The notes under the pieces are model-generated. The model was given only the letters and a program-made list of their open reading frames with translations. It ran no database searches and had not been told where the DNA came from. A DNA stretch of 64,000 nt. Source: Trichoplax adhaerens (Eukaryota > Animalia > Placozoa). Made by a program: the position numbers and the translations under genes. Each line of letters starts with the position of its first letter. Position 1 is the stretch's first letter. Shown one piece after another: positions 40,601-54,868 of this stretch. The stretch is from contig NW_002060947.1 in NCBI RefSeq assembly GCF_000150275.1, positions 6,587,648-6,651,647 on the forward strand. The letters are read 5' to 3'.

Positions 40601-41214
40601 TATACTTTATCTGCTAATGACTAAATATTATACACTATGTAAGTTGAAATAACACGGTATATCTATCAATTATCTAGTATCATTCATATTTAGTTGGATT
40701 GGCTTTATAATTTGCTACTGTGCTAGTAGCACTGTAGCCGGACGTTACGGAGCATTTGCCGGATTTGGTTTATCACTTATTAAATGGGCTATAATATTAC
40801 AGGTATACAAATTATTGTTCAAGTTAATAAAATTGGAAACTGTTTCAAGATAGGCTATAGGCCAGAAAGTTGATCACAATGTATTTTCTATACTGAAAGC
40901 ATCAGTTAAGCTTATGTTGCACAAATACTCTTTTCTTATTAATCAAGCATGTCAAATTTGACGGCAGTACTAATGGAGATAATTGGCTCTGGTGGCTCGT
41001 AGTTGCTTTCGGTAAGCAAGATTAGTTAAAATTACTGTAAAAAATGTTCCTGATTCCTGATTATTATTTAGCCCCAGTGATGATATCGACTTTAGGTTTC
41101 TGCCGGTTGCTAAAATTAGTACTCTTTTAAATAGGTTGGTTTATATTTATGAGAGCTGTCATTGTTTACTATCGGATTAAGAATCTTGTCAGAAATCGTC
41201 AGCTGGCCCCGTAA
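37636..41214 (+). CDS. NDFIP: NEDD4 family-interacting protein (NDFIP1/2 co-orthologue)
   Basis: PY-type motifs LPPEY and IPTYDEAE; transmembrane region SFIFSWIGFIICYC..TVAGRYGAFAGFGLSLIKW; WLWWLVVAFG|WFIFMRAVIVYYRIK. Approximate exons: 37636-37662 (MQDDERQPL, tentative), 39442-39703, 40030-40177, 40339-40372, 40483-40523, 40679-40802, 40948-41011, 41135-41214. Confidence 0.92.
38666..39266. repeat. Tandem triplication of about 200 bp in NDFIP intron 1
   Basis: ccaatg.ac.tact...acccatctaatgtag.aaggaaagtcctc...gatggacgatatctggatgaagtaca starts at about 38666, 38862 and 39067. Confidence 0.95.
39651..39976 (+). repeat. 163-bp tandem duplication spanning the end of an NDFIP exon and its donor site
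   Basis: ttacccaatagcttc.gaattacctcc.gaatatgacagt.gatacaatcagggtaagc... at 39651-39813 and 39814-39976. Confidence 0.95.
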
Positions 41215-42640
41215 TACGAACGTCAAGTAATCTACGTTGTGACTGTAAAGCATCTCCTATTTAAGTATGATAATGTCATCATTTTAGCAGTTTAACCAAT
41301 AAGACATACTGCGTTGCGAATTGACGTACAGAAGCGGAGCAATTTGTTAAGGTTTATTCCAGATTCAATTGCAAAATTATTATATTGTGAACATAAATTA
41401 TTGAATTTTTAGTGTGGTTTGGTGATATAACGTAAATTGATGTCACATCGTAGCGATATTTATATGGTATAAAGTTGCTTTACAACATTATAGATCGCTG
41501 CAATATAATAGTGTATTACTATCATTCCAATCAATATTCTGAATTTCGATAAAACTCATACCTATGGGTTATAATTAATTAATAGTGCGATATCATGTCA
41601 TCATTTTATTGTTATGACTTTCTTTTATTCTTAACATACAATGTGCTGTCATCTGATACTCAATTTAGCATATATATTTGCAAAATCACTTGCTGTTTTG
41701 ATCATAATCTTCAAAACTACCGTAGATCTATAATAGTTAAGCACTGAAATTAATTGGCAAAGCTAAGAAAAGTTTAACGCTAGCGCATATTGTTTATTGT
41801 AATAAAAATATTGTAATATATGTTAAGCAGTAAATGTAAGTGCTACTTGAGCGCAATAAATGTATAGCGCAGTTGCTGATTATACACCTGTTGTAGTACT
41901 TTAAAAGTGTTATAAACGGTCTATATCCATGAATTTGACAGTGCCTAGCTTTATGTAATTTCATAAATACTTCCGTATAAAGGCATTTAAGAATTTAACG
42001 CAAGATATTGTGGCAAAAACATTGAAAGTGCATGTTCCGTAGTTCTAGTCAGACGACAATTTTGCTCCTTTTTGGGGGGCATTTTTAAAATTTTAATGAG
42101 CCGACCTCGTAACGATAGCAGTTATTGCAGAGTGGAATCCTAGCACGAAAAATAGATTCATCATTTTCGAGATGGAATACAGATTCTTCATGGATATAAT
42201 ATTTAGAATCTATAGGGTATATTGTCCTGCATGAAACAACATCGATAGTAAACGAATGGAACGTTTCATATTTTTAAAAACATGTAGCTCTAATACGAGG
42301 TATTTACATGCATCACAGCCAAGCACCAAATTAAAAATTTTTATTACCTGATAATATTGCAGTACAGGGTCGATGGTGCTGTATATTTTCTTTTTGCACA
42401 TCTTACCAAATATAATGAAAACATTTCTATGAAATATCGTACAGCCCTTGTAACCAAGTATGACATGTGAACATTTTAATAGATAGGTAGTACTTAATTC
42501 TTGATAGAAGAAACGGTAATAACATTACCGATCCAATCTGAAAGCAACACTCATTCCTAAAATGTTAATGCACTTTGTGAATATGCTACAGAAATTGAAA
42601 TATAATTTAATAGTATTAAATGTTGTATAGTTTAGATTTT

Positions 42641-43033
42641 TTATACAGTTGTTATAGTAGCTGTATTGTTATAAGTTGAGCTACTATTTCTTCCAAGCAT
42701 ATATAGGGAATTAGTTTGAAAATAGCAGTACCGACAACAATTTATCAAGTATCTCAATGGATGATATAAAATGAGTGTGGGAAAACATACTAAACTTAAA
42801 GCAATCAAAATTGTATATCTTTTAAGGCATTCATAAGGTTTCTGCTCATAGTTTTTGCAGGAGCATGGATCTTCTATATTCATATTAGGGTATTCTTTAT
42901 CATTACTGAAATGATAGAATAGGCCTACCAGGCAAAAATAGCATGTACAGCACTTAATAGCGTTTTCAGAATGATTGAGGCATTGATACCAAGCGCGAAA
43001 ACATGGTTTGCATATAGTAACGGATTCACTCAT
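42641..43033 (-). CDS. SPRY: Sprouty-family cysteine-rich SPR-domain protein (130 aa, single coding exon)
   Basis: CTCYFCLVGLFYHFSND...EDPCSC...CLKRY..L..LSL..P.L..Y.P..CC..CY matches the Sprouty SPR consensus (TCxCCVKGLFYHCSND..DxPCSC..CxxRW..SL..PCL..Y.P). The GLFYH motif is more Sprouty-like than SPRED-like. Confidence 0.85.
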   Translation of the reverse strand: MSESVTICKPCFRAWYQCLNHSENAIKCCTCYFCLVGLFYHFSNDKEYPNMNIEDPCSCKNYEQKPYECLKRYTILIALSLVCFPTLILYHPLRYLINCCRYCYFQTNSLYMLGRNSSSTYNNTATITTV

Positions 43034-43994
43034 CGTTAGACGTATTGTACCAGTAATTACAGTCCAATAAATAGCTTCTTAGTTGCACCTTCCCTAGATT
43101 TTATGAGAACAAAAATAAATATAAATGCTATAGTATATTACTTGTTTATTATAAGGTTACAAGATCAACATGAGGACTTACAAGTTAGACATAGCATTTG
43201 TCTAAAGTTAACCTATTTAAGGTCTAGTTTATCGCTTCCTATGAAAAGAAGACTAGGTAAATTTGCCATTTTCTGACGTCAGGATAATTACTAGGCAGAC
43301 TCTCATAACGATACAATAGTAAAGCATCAAACTCGAACGTTGCAGGACTGGAAAGAATACCGTATTTAATGATGTCTGCAGCGAGAGTAACTACTCCTAC
43401 TCTTTCTCCATTTATACAACATTGTATAAATATGTATAAATGCGTGTACGTTATTGTTAGTGGATGGTTAGGAACCTCTATATGCTAATTGTGGTTGTAT
43501 TGGTTTAAGATAAGTCTCGAATCCTTTACAGTCAGTTGGTGCTCTAAGTGTGTGTCTCCCTTTTGACACAATCTATAGTATTACATAGATCACAGAACAT
43601 TCTTGGAATACATGCAGCACTCCAATAATAGAATATGTCCATACAAGGTCCAGATAGAGTTGTATTACAATTTGAGCAAGAGTTAACATTATCGATGGTG
43701 TTACCTTAATTACCCGAGCCATAAACTACTGAGAGTCTATTGCATAGTACATATGTCCTAGGAGCGTGCATTTTCAATATTAAGATTTCATGATGCAACA
43801 TCTTACCCATCCATGTTAGTATTGACATAATTTGTAGTATGAATGTAATCCATCGAGCTTTTTAAAGAAGGAAAGAGCTAATGTAGCAGCGTCGTACTCT
43901 TTTAAAATATTGATCTCAAGTTTGTAAATTGAGATAATGCTGTCGAGTGTTGTCAGTATGATGTAACCATTTTAACTTGAATATTACTTCCTTA

Positions 43995-44930
43995 CAGTAT
44001 ACTATGTTCTCTCTTCATCGTTACCAAATATATTAACAATTAAGCATTGATATCCATACTTCTTGTAAAACAGTAATGATGAATATCTCTCCTATGTCTA
44101 GTCTATTTTGTACAATGTATGCATTACAGTATTGAACTTGCCTTGTCCTCTATCCTATATTGGTTACAAGGTTATGGGACGAGTAATGTTATGTCTAACT
44201 CACAAGGACAATGCCAGAGATTAATCATTAGAAATATATTCACGATATGGTATGGAGATCCATGTCATCGCAACATCATAACTGCGAATATTCTCTCTAA
44301 TGTTCAGTATTTTGTGGAAGGATTGACTATATTGCACTTACCTCCTCTATCGTTTGTAGTGTGTGGTGAGTTTGGAAATAATGCTACCATTTTCACTTGA
44401 ACATGGCATAAATGACGTATATTAAAGTATACTCTCTCTCTCTTTATCATTGTAAATATATTAACAAATCAGTAATGATATCCATATTATTGCAAAACTG
44501 TCTGTATGAACATCTCTCCATCTTGCAGTATTTCATGAAAAGTATGAACTACAGTCTTATGCTTGCCTCGTCCTCTATCCCATATAGATCATAAGATTGG
44601 AAGATGTATAATGTTGTGTCTAACTCATAAGGACTATACGATACATTAATCATTAGGAATAAACTAACAAATTAGCATTGAGATCCATGTTATCGCAACA
44701 TCGCCGCTATCAATATCATTCCAACGTGTAGTATTTCACAGAAGGCATTAATCACAGTATTGATCGCAAATTTGTAGTTTAAGGTGTATTGGATATCATA
44801 TCGATCACTTTAAATAGAATATTTTATTACTCTAGCATAGCACATTCTCTCTCCATCGCTAGAAATTGGAAATACAATTTTCTACTGATGTTCACGTTAT
44901 TGTAGCATGATAACGATGAACAATAATGTT
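43995..44930. repeat. Degenerate tandem repeat, about 430 bp unit, about 2.3 copies
   Basis: Shared blocks cttgcct.gtcctctatcc.atat, aatgtt.tgtctaactca.aaggac and gagatccatgt.atcgcaacatc at about 44137/44562 and 44255/44680. Confidence 0.75.
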
Positions 44931-47900
44931 TCATGTTTTCACTTAGCATAACCAACTTTCTTTCACTGTCCAAGGAGAGTTATGTGAGGTTAACAGTAAA
45001 ACGTTGGTTATTGACACTGTAAATTTCACGAACTATGACTGCTATCTATACTACAATACTACTACGCCATGTCTATATTACGGATCAAGTCTCCGTACAC
45101 AAATTGCTAACTTTCCCACATTCCTCGTACAAATTGTTGACGTACAGGAGAAGACTTGTATCCTAGCATCATGCATATCAAGCAAGTATTGCAAACTAAC
45201 ATATATTCTTGATTGTAATATTGAATCCCCGACCAAGAGCATGCAAAATCTTCTAGCTTAAGTTAAATCACTTGTAAGATAAATTTTACCTTTAAAATAG
45301 AATACGCGAAAGTTTATTAAAAGTAAATTGAAGTAATAAATCTAGTCTGTGATATTGACTTGATTCCTACATTTCTTATTGGAGTGCTTCCATTTCTCTT
45401 CATTATGAGAGACAGATGGATGATTGAGCATCAAGATGATGCTGCAAGCTACCTTAAAACTTTTCTACCTAGACTATTTCTGTTTTATCAACACTGGAAA
45501 GATAACTCTGTCACTCTTTTGAACTGCAGCTTACCTTCTCCTCAACAAAGATGGCGCTATCCACGTAGGCTATAATAACTGCAATAGATTATAATATTTC
45601 GTAGTTAGGTCGATACCGAGGCCTTTCATAACTTCATTATCTTTCAACCATAACTTCTAGCTAAAATGGATACACTAGCAGTCGACGATGGTGATTAGAT
45701 TCTCCAAGTAGTAGACGAATGAAAGAAGAAGAGATTGCCAACGATTCTTGCTCAACCAAAACAAAGTCAGCTGGCTGGTTCTTGCCGACTATTTGAATGT
45801 ATCGGAAAGCTGGAACTGTATAGTGTGCAACTAGCTCGGTGTCTACTTTGGAACACACCCCTGTAGACAGTCCAGATTCCCTGTAGAGAAAATGTCACCC
45901 ACTTTGACCCAAAACGATAGAGGATTGCTATGCTTTTAGCGTTTTAACAGTCTCTTTCTGTTAGTGTTGAAGTAACTATTGATGATAGATTGCTATACAA
46001 TCTCATCCAGCATGCAAATCTACCAATCAATTGATTCAATTGAATAAATCCAAGGAAAATGAAATGAATCAAGACAATTAATCGATCTTCTCCGCCATAC
46101 TACATGCTATAGTATATCGTATATAATATTGGCCCGGTACTGCATACTATACTCTACCTGGATTCAAGGGGCGTAGTCTACACTATTTATCTGCCCCAGC
46201 CCTTTCTAAAAATACTTGAGTAAAATGTCTTAGAACAGGAAGAAAGTTAATTTGATATTTTTGACAGGAATTGATCGCAAACATGGAATAGTAGGCTGTT
46301 CATCATGATGATAATCACCTATTCCTATGATATTTTGGGGCCCATAAGTGTCATGTTATCGTTGTAGGCGATCAAGATGCTGCAAGCAAATCTTTAGGCA
46401 GACAGACTTTTTAAAAGTAAATGAAGGCAAAATATCGAAAAATTAATTATTTACTAAGCGATGCATTTTTTCCATCTCTTTTTCTTTAATTACTTGCTCT
46501 AATTTAAGAACATTCATGACTTTATATAACTATTTTGAAGCAGAACTGAGTAAAATACTACAAATTTCGATATAATATTACTTAATTTAAAAAAATAAGC
46601 GAATTACAGAATCGGGCAACCCCTTTACGGATAAAAGTCTTTGCAATAACGCCGAAATGTCCGACTGTCCAAATAGAATTTCCTGTCCGTGTCAATTTTA
46701 GGAGGCACATGCTGTAGCAGAGTATTGTATGAGGAGGATGCAGTGAGGAGCAGTAGTTGATTAACGATTTTTATGGGCCATTCCAAATCAGCGAATTGAC
46801 AAAGTGTGGATAGTCATGATTAATGGACGAAATGGAGGAATTGATGGCTATAGGGATACAGTATCTCAAATAATACGATGACAAGATTTTGGATTTTTTG
46901 TCCATTTGACTTGATTCTAGGCGTGCGAATGAATTTTCGCAACTAGAGACAGTTTTACGTCAACAATCTTCTAATTTAAAATACAAGTATGATCGATTTG
47001 AGATGATACTACCATGGACTACTAGCAGCATTTAGTAGTCTATGATTCTACATTATCATCAAGGTACCTATTTCCACTCTATTTCAATTCAGTGTCCGAA
47101 TACCTGATTACATAGGAAAATGCTCTTCCTTCACATATTCATTCAGTAAAATAAAAATGCTAAGTTATTTCATATTTGCCATCTTCAACAGTAGATGATG
47201 CAATTAGAATATCTCGATTTAATTTACCGTAGAGTCTACGAGGATATCACTTAGAAGAATCGATTCTTCATTAGAGTAAAATAACGACTGCATCGTGCTC
47301 GGATATGGGATCACTACCCGTATGTACTGTAGAGCATGCAGAAGATGAATGAATTGCATGCAGTAAATTGAAGCACTCAGTGAGTAGTCTCAGTTGGAGG
47401 CCATGCATTATTAACTTTCATCCAAACTTCCTGTTATTTCCTATCCAATAGCTGTAGTATAAGCTTGGCAGTATAAAGATATAGGAAGGGAAAGAATCAA
47501 CTTCACTGTTGAATGATGCCATATTAAACGGTTGGAAAGGCAAGACCGATCGAAGGCATGCGCTTGATCAATTCGTCTATGTGTGGGAGGAAAGGGAGGT
47601 TTCTATTTACACTAATTGACAAGAAAGAAAACTTTCTCAATATTCAATTCAGTCTAATGCTTAGTACACCAGTGCATTCTAGCTCAGATCGACAATACCA
47701 TGGCACGTTAAGCTAGCCTCCAATCAGCACTAATCATAACTTGGAAATGTGGTGAAGGTATCGTCAATTTTGCATCCTCAATCCAATCGAATAGCATGGC
47801 CATTAAGCCATTACATAAATAGCAGCTCCATTGAAATATGCTGTAGCAAACCTCTTGATCGATCTAGACGATGAGTAAAACATGGCCATTTGTCGAAGAT

Positions 47901-49302
47901 AGTAAAAGAGCCGATGGTACTCCATTGACAACTAGACAATACTATCTAACTGGGTTAACAATTGAACAAAAGAAAAACATATATTATTAATATTATCGAG
48001 TATAGGTGGCAGCGAATAACAAAAGGTAAGATGTTTACTTCACTCTTTGCCACTGAAAACTGGCATGGAGAAGAGTAGGAAAGAGTAGCTATCGCCGTTT
48101 AGGATATCTATATACACTTGAGCAGTGTTTGTGGATCGGACTGACTGACTACGTTGTCTATCTTGATCACACTTCCACTGGGATGAGTTGGAAAGCAACG
48201 AGGAGGAGGAGGAGGAGGCGGTAGCAATTATCATCATTGGACAGTTGATTAGATTCATGACTTTATTGAAGAATAGTCGAAAAAGTATTCTTTCTACATT
48301 TATTCAAAGTCTTGTAAAGAAAACCAATTGACTTGAGTTGCTATTCCATCCTGTGCAATCAACTTAAAAAGTAGATAAAATTACATGACAATCTTTGACA
48401 TTTCATTATTGTTATTATTGTTGATATTGCCACTATTATTCCATTTTATCTTAATTTTAATTTTTCCTTCTCTCCTCCTTTTTTTTTGTGTGTCTGTATA
48501 TGCCAATTCTTATTAAAACTGCCTATTACTGGGAAGGAGCTAGAGAAGAATCAATATCGTTCATCGTGACGTGGGAATAATTTTATTGGCTCAATCTGCA
48601 CTAGCACTAGTAATTTTACCTTCAATCAAGTCATTTTCAATCATGATCAGCAAGAATTAGAACTACCATTATTTATTTCAATCTAAATCAACAATTATAT
48701 TATCATTGCGTCTTCTATCTAAGATTGGTTGGATCTTAACATCACACTAGTATGGCTGCGTTATGGGTAAGTCTATTTTTTCTCTTCTAGTCTACGTGTC
48801 GGTGTTTTCTTATATCATTGCCTACCTCGTCGACTGATACACTACTCGACATAGTTAGTCGTTAGTACAACATGATAGATGAGTGTATTCCAATCGGAAA
48901 TAATATAATCAATATCGGCCAAGTTGTCATTAATGGTCGTCGTTGAGGAGAGATCATACGCTATCTTTCAATCCTGGTAGCATTTTAAAAGAATCATTCA
49001 ACGGACATGCCCTGTCTTCATTTGATTGCTTCATGACAGCATAACAATTTCCAGCACGTCAAGGAAATTCTTCTTTTATCAATTTATTTCCCTGTATGTT
49101 AATGACTAGAAAAATGCCTGGTATGTCATATACGGGAACAATTCTCGTCTAGTACAGCAATTCCACTTGTAATTCCACTTGTCTTCCATTAATTAGATTG
49201 TAGAAAACTCCCATTGATTGTGACCGTGGGAACAGGCTGGCTTCACGTTGTGTCATCAATTATGTCTCATCAATTATTGCGAGTGATTGAATAATAAGAA
49301 AT

Positions 49303-49595
49303 NNNNNNNNNNNNNNNNNNNNNNNNNNNNNNNNNNNNNNNNNNNNNNNNNNNNNNNNNNNNNNNNNNNNNNNNNNNNNNNNNNNNNNNNNNNNNNNNNN
49401 NNNNNNNNNNNNNNNNNNNNNNNNNNNNNNNNNNNNNNNNNNNNNNNNNNNNNNNNNNNNNNNNNNNNNNNNNNNNNNNNNNNNNNNNNNNNNNNNNNNN
49501 NNNNNNNNNNNNNNNNNNNNNNNNNNNNNNNNNNNNNNNNNNNNNNNNNNNNNNNNNNNNNNNNNNNNNNNNNNNNNNNNNNNNNNNNNNNNNNN
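49303..49595. other. Assembly gap (N run)
   Basis: Run of N bases. Confidence 1.
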
Positions 49596-52589
49596 TTCTA
49601 CAATTCATAATGATATTCGATCAACTTGTGCTCCAATCACCCAAGCATGACAATAGTAGTAAAATATAAGGAAGATGCGATTTTTTAACGATCGTAATCA
49701 AAAATCGGAATGGGGCAGTGTGCTGGAAACTAATATCCATTTAATTTATTATTTTTAAGTTAAGCAACCACTTTACGTCATCATCGGTATCCATATTGGT
49801 TAAGCTCTTTTTACTATGGCATTTTTTTATAATTAACATTTCATGACTTTGCATTTCCCATCTTAAGATCCAATTTGAATTGAAACTATCCTATTTTTTC
49901 ACATAATTGAGGCCATATTATCTAGAAATGAGATGTTTGACTTTTACTTTCCCTGTCATTTGATTGAAAAGCGGTCGTTATACAACAGATTGGATATTCT
50001 ACGCTTTTCCTTGAGTACAAAAAAGGCAAACTTTAGGATTACCATTATTACAGTATAATTATCTATCTATTTATTGCTAATTTTATAGACAAGAATGATA
50101 AGATAGGCTAAAATGAATGATTTTAGATTAGCATAGGATAGGGTCATAGTAAAAATGATCCAACTACTGTATAAAGTTTACGTCGACCAGATTTAGACGA
50201 GAATTTGTCTAGGCCATTTCGTTAATCTATTCTATAAATTATAATTGCCCAGTTTTAATTAAAATACTACAATCAAAGGATAAGAAAACAAATCATTATA
50301 AGTACTCCTTTGCATCTCAGTAGTTACCGTTACATTCATGAAAACATCAATTTAATTTTGGGGCCTTTTTCGTTTAACTCGAATAGCCTACCTTCAATTG
50401 CGGCAGAACTATGCTCATATTAGTTAAACGATTCATTCTCGCCTGGAGAGCGACAGAACTACCAATCCAATCCTCCATTTTCTTGTAGTTTTACAATGAT
50501 TTAATCAGTTAATTTGCTCTGCATCAAGGGAGGAGATCATCATAACGAATCATGGCAGACAGTCTCCCCCCTGTGGTGTGGGGCTAATTTTTGTTCTTGT
50601 CTTTCCTATGCAATCAGATACTAGAAAATTAATTATAGACGACAGCAATGTCGAGACGTTGTTGTAATAGAAAATATTGATGGCCACCAGCATTTCCAAA
50701 TGGAAATGTCAATCACAAGTCTGCTTGATCGTCGTTTAAGTCATGAATATTGTCGGGGAAAAAATTATTGAACTACGCTCTACTCTAGTATTAGAATAAC
50801 TCACAGATTACCCCCAAAAAATATGGAGATGATGTTTATCTTATTGTCAACTGCTGGCTAATGATTTAAACTTTGTAATAGTGAAGGACTATTTAACTCA
50901 TTGAAATAGTACTTTGCTTTAGTTTTAGTCCTTCTGTTTCCTTTCCCCTCCTTTTATTCGAAATACATTAATGGTAGATCTTCTATACCGTACTCATCCC
51001 TTATTTGTTTAAAGCACATTCAATTTGGAACATCGATCGCATATCCTTTTCCCTACTGATTGAATGTACTTTTAATGTAGACCATCAATCTCCCATCTTT
51101 TTCCATTGCTTGAAAGTACCTTTAATTTAGATGTACTACATCATACTATATTTTATTGGCAAGTAAAATAACGACTTCCTCTGCATGAATTTCCTGTTGA
51201 TTATCTTCAACTCTTCCAAATGATAATATAATTATTCAGGGTAAAATAACATTGCAAGTTATTATAAGAAATTGGTAATCTATAGTTATTGTTTCTTGAT
51301 AGTTTGCAATAATCCCATTTCTCTCTATTCGATTTCAACAATTCTAAGTCATCTATATCAATAATCGTATTGATTGAAGAGGATTACCACACCTACGAGT
51401 AGAATGGTGATCAACATATTTTCTCTTCCGTCAATGGTGATGCAACTATTGCAAAAATGCTAGTGGGAGATTTCTTGATATTTACTAACAAACAACATTC
51501 CGACACAAATGTGTTGAAGGGCAGTGTTGTAGTCCCTTCCAAAGTATCCTAAAGTGTTTGATTAAAGTGTAAAGAATATGTTTCCATAGGCAATATCAAT
51601 ACTGCCTGATGACGAGAATTGCGGCTTGTCAAGTAAAAGAAATTTGAATACAAGCCGATTTCATTATGCAATTCTCTCCTACTGTATAATCGGAAATGAT
51701 TTCATAATTTATTGGCTAGCAGATTAAAAAAATTATTCTACATATTAACTATATCGATGATTTCCATTGACTATTTTTTATTTCGTCTCCTATTAATTTG
51801 TCGATCAAAATGATTATCAAACGATTGTACTTGCATGATCTTTTCCTTAAAGAGGATATTACAACTTGTCAAGCGTTTTTCCTTATTCTACATTGAGGGA
51901 TAAAATATTTTCGCCATTTGTCACATAACGATAAACGAAAGCAATAGTCTATCTAATTTGATTAATAGGTTCATCGACTAATTTTGCCATAGTAAGATGT
52001 ACTGTACTGGAGTCTCTGTTGTAGACTACGATAGTCGCCATCATCCAGACCAATATTTCTTTCATTTGATTGACTTATTCCATGGGGAAACTTTGTCGTT
52101 CAAGGAATTTAATTATGTCGCTGTAGATTCTCATTATTGCTATTCTAATTTTAATTGATAGTGCGGTTGAGAATATCCTAGTGGCGGTTACAATGAGTAA
52201 TTGACTTATTCCATTGATGATTGCATCAAATATTTTCTGTCGTTACGGCGTTGAGTTTTTTTGCTTTAGTTTATGCCATACTAATAGTCTAAATATTTCG
52301 TTACGGTAGCCAATCTCATTTGAATCAATACGATAAACAGTCTACTGATTTTAATGCTTATACAACTGATCATTTGTAAGAATGTTGTTGTTAGTCTAGT
52401 CCTAATCCCCTTCAATCATCATTTCTCCTTCATTGAGAATCTTTATGATAGACCATCCGATCCATCATTTGATCAAGAAATACAATTCTTACAAGTCGTC
52501 ATTTCTATCGCTTAAGATTATCATTAATGGGAGATTGATCATTGTAGCCTTTGCTACACTAATCGCTTTCTCAGCCTATACGACCAATT

Positions 52590-53450
52590 GACTAAATGGA
52601 TAGGCTATAAAATCGACTATTTACTCAAGAAATGTTGTTGTTGCAGGTCTAGTCTATCGCCTTAGTTTTGGCATTAGCAAGATGGATAGCCTTAATTCTT
52701 GTTGAAATAATCAATTGGAATATCTAATTTTCATCTTCTATATTGTCATCTATACGAATCTGATCTCCTTTACTTAATGTTGTTGTTGCCGATGCCTTTA
52801 GTTTAATATTTTTAGCCAGATTGATAATTTTTAATCTTCATAGATTCATAGATTGACTATCCAATTGACTATTTCTTGACGGGATGATCAAATTAGAATA
52901 CCTATTTATCTTCCCACGTTATCATCTATAAAAGACTGATCTCCTTTACTTTATGTTGTTGCCTATGGCCTTGGTTTAGCATTCTCATGTAGATTAATAA
53001 TTTTTAATCCTAACCGATTAACTACCAAATGACTGTTTCATCAAGAAGTAATCTAGTTAGAATGCTTATTTTATTGTCCTACATTTTCATTTACATATAA
53101 GAGATTAATCTTCTTAATTTATGTTATTGTTGTCCTAGTTTAATATTAACATCTGGACTTATAATCCTAATTGATTGACTATCCAATTGGCCATTTTATC
53201 AAGAAATAATTAAGTCAGAAAGCTTATTTTATATTTCTAGATTATCATTTGAAAGAGTCTAGTCCCCTTCAGTTTATGCTATTATTGCCTATTGCACTAA
53301 TTTGCAATTTGCAGCTAGACTGACAAATTTATAATTGATTGACTTATGGATTAACTATTCAATTGATCATTTTAGCAAGAAATGATACGGCTATAATGTC
53401 TATTTCATTGCTTCCCTTTTTTCATTTATGCGAGACCGATTCTATTTATA
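52590..53450. repeat. Degenerate tandem array, about 160-185 bp unit, about 5 copies
   Basis: Recurring ttgactatccaattgactattt..caagaaataat, ctgatctcctttactt.atgttgttg and agatt.ataatttttaatc blocks. Confidence 0.7.
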
Positions 53451-54868
53451 TATTAACTATGGCTACGGTAATCGATCTCTTGTCAGACAATACGATAAAT
53501 GAAACATTTATTTTATGAACTATTTAATAGACCGGTGGATTAAGAAATCCCGTGAATTGGAGACCCATTCTATTGCTTTAGATTGAACTTCTACTCGATT
53601 GTACAATCTTAATACAGTAACTATCCAATTAACTATTTTACCACGACTTTACCCAAATATAGTTCTGTTATAAGGTCAATTTTATCAGCTTGATTTAGCC
53701 TATACTAGCTTGATAATCCTCTATTTCTTGGATACCATAGTTGATACTATCCAAATAATCGTGATGAACAGTTTTTTTTATTTTCTCCAGCATGTGATCA
53801 TTTCAACATGAAAAATTATTTCGAGATTTCATGCTGTGATTATATTATAGCTTATCACTTCTATGCTCGTATTTAAATTCTACTCTATATTCTGTTCAAT
53901 AGTAGTTAAAATCATCCGCAAGAATGCAATAAATTATCCTTCAGAGTCACAAAGTTTCGTTTAAGAAATTATAGTCAAAATATCTGACTTGATCATCGTC
54001 ATAATTATTGTGTATGAACTAACTAGAGTTGATACTCCAACCGTATGTAAAGTTCGGATCACTCTGACGAGTTTTCGAATACTGACAAAGCTAAGTACTT
54101 ACTACCACTCATTCGTTTATTGATAATTACAACGGCTTTTATATGTGCGCCGTCAACACTTACAGTGTAACGTTGTACAATACATAGTTTATGATATCCA
54201 TATCTAGAATTAGGCAGACTTGTAAATTGTAAATTAGTCACGAATATTGATTCTATAATTATACAGCGTAAGTTAACTATCAATATGGACTGTAAGACAT
54301 ATCAATAATCATTTGTATAAGAATAGTCTAATTTACGAAGCATGCTACCGCAGCCAATAACAAAGTGATTGCAGCTATGAATAATTATTGTTACCGATAT
54401 TTTTCCACCATTAAATTATGCCCCTTCGATAGTTTTATTCGCTATTATTATACCTTAAAATAGAAGTTACATTCTTGGGCTTCGCTGCTTAATCACATGA
54501 ATGCCAAAAATAATTTGACCCTCTTTTCGTCAATGCATCTTACTATTGCATGATATAATTTAGATTCGACCAGAAACACCAGGACAAATTCTCGATTTTG
54601 TCGAAATTTTATTGATGGTATAGCCTTACCACTATAAGCCGATTATCATAGTTTCTCAACTTTCTGTCTTTCCGTTTGCATAATGTATTTTTTTATCCTG
54701 TAATCTTGCCGATTAAATGGTTTGGTTGACGATTTTAAAATCCTAAAATAGAACAACTATTCTTCAGCCGTGCTGGCTAATGTAGACAAAAGCTAAGAGT
54801 AACTTAATGAACTTTAACCTTTATTCTATTTTTCTCATCAGTATATCTTGTTGTTTTATAAATTAACC

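Noticed and set aside
48040-48258. Ser-rich ORF with QVYID as the missing Sprouty N-terminus
   Set aside because: The motif lacks the NxY Asn, and no convincing in-frame splice path avoids the TAA upstream of the SPR exon.
49270-49610. ORFs consisting mostly of X residues
   Set aside because: Artefacts of the N gap.
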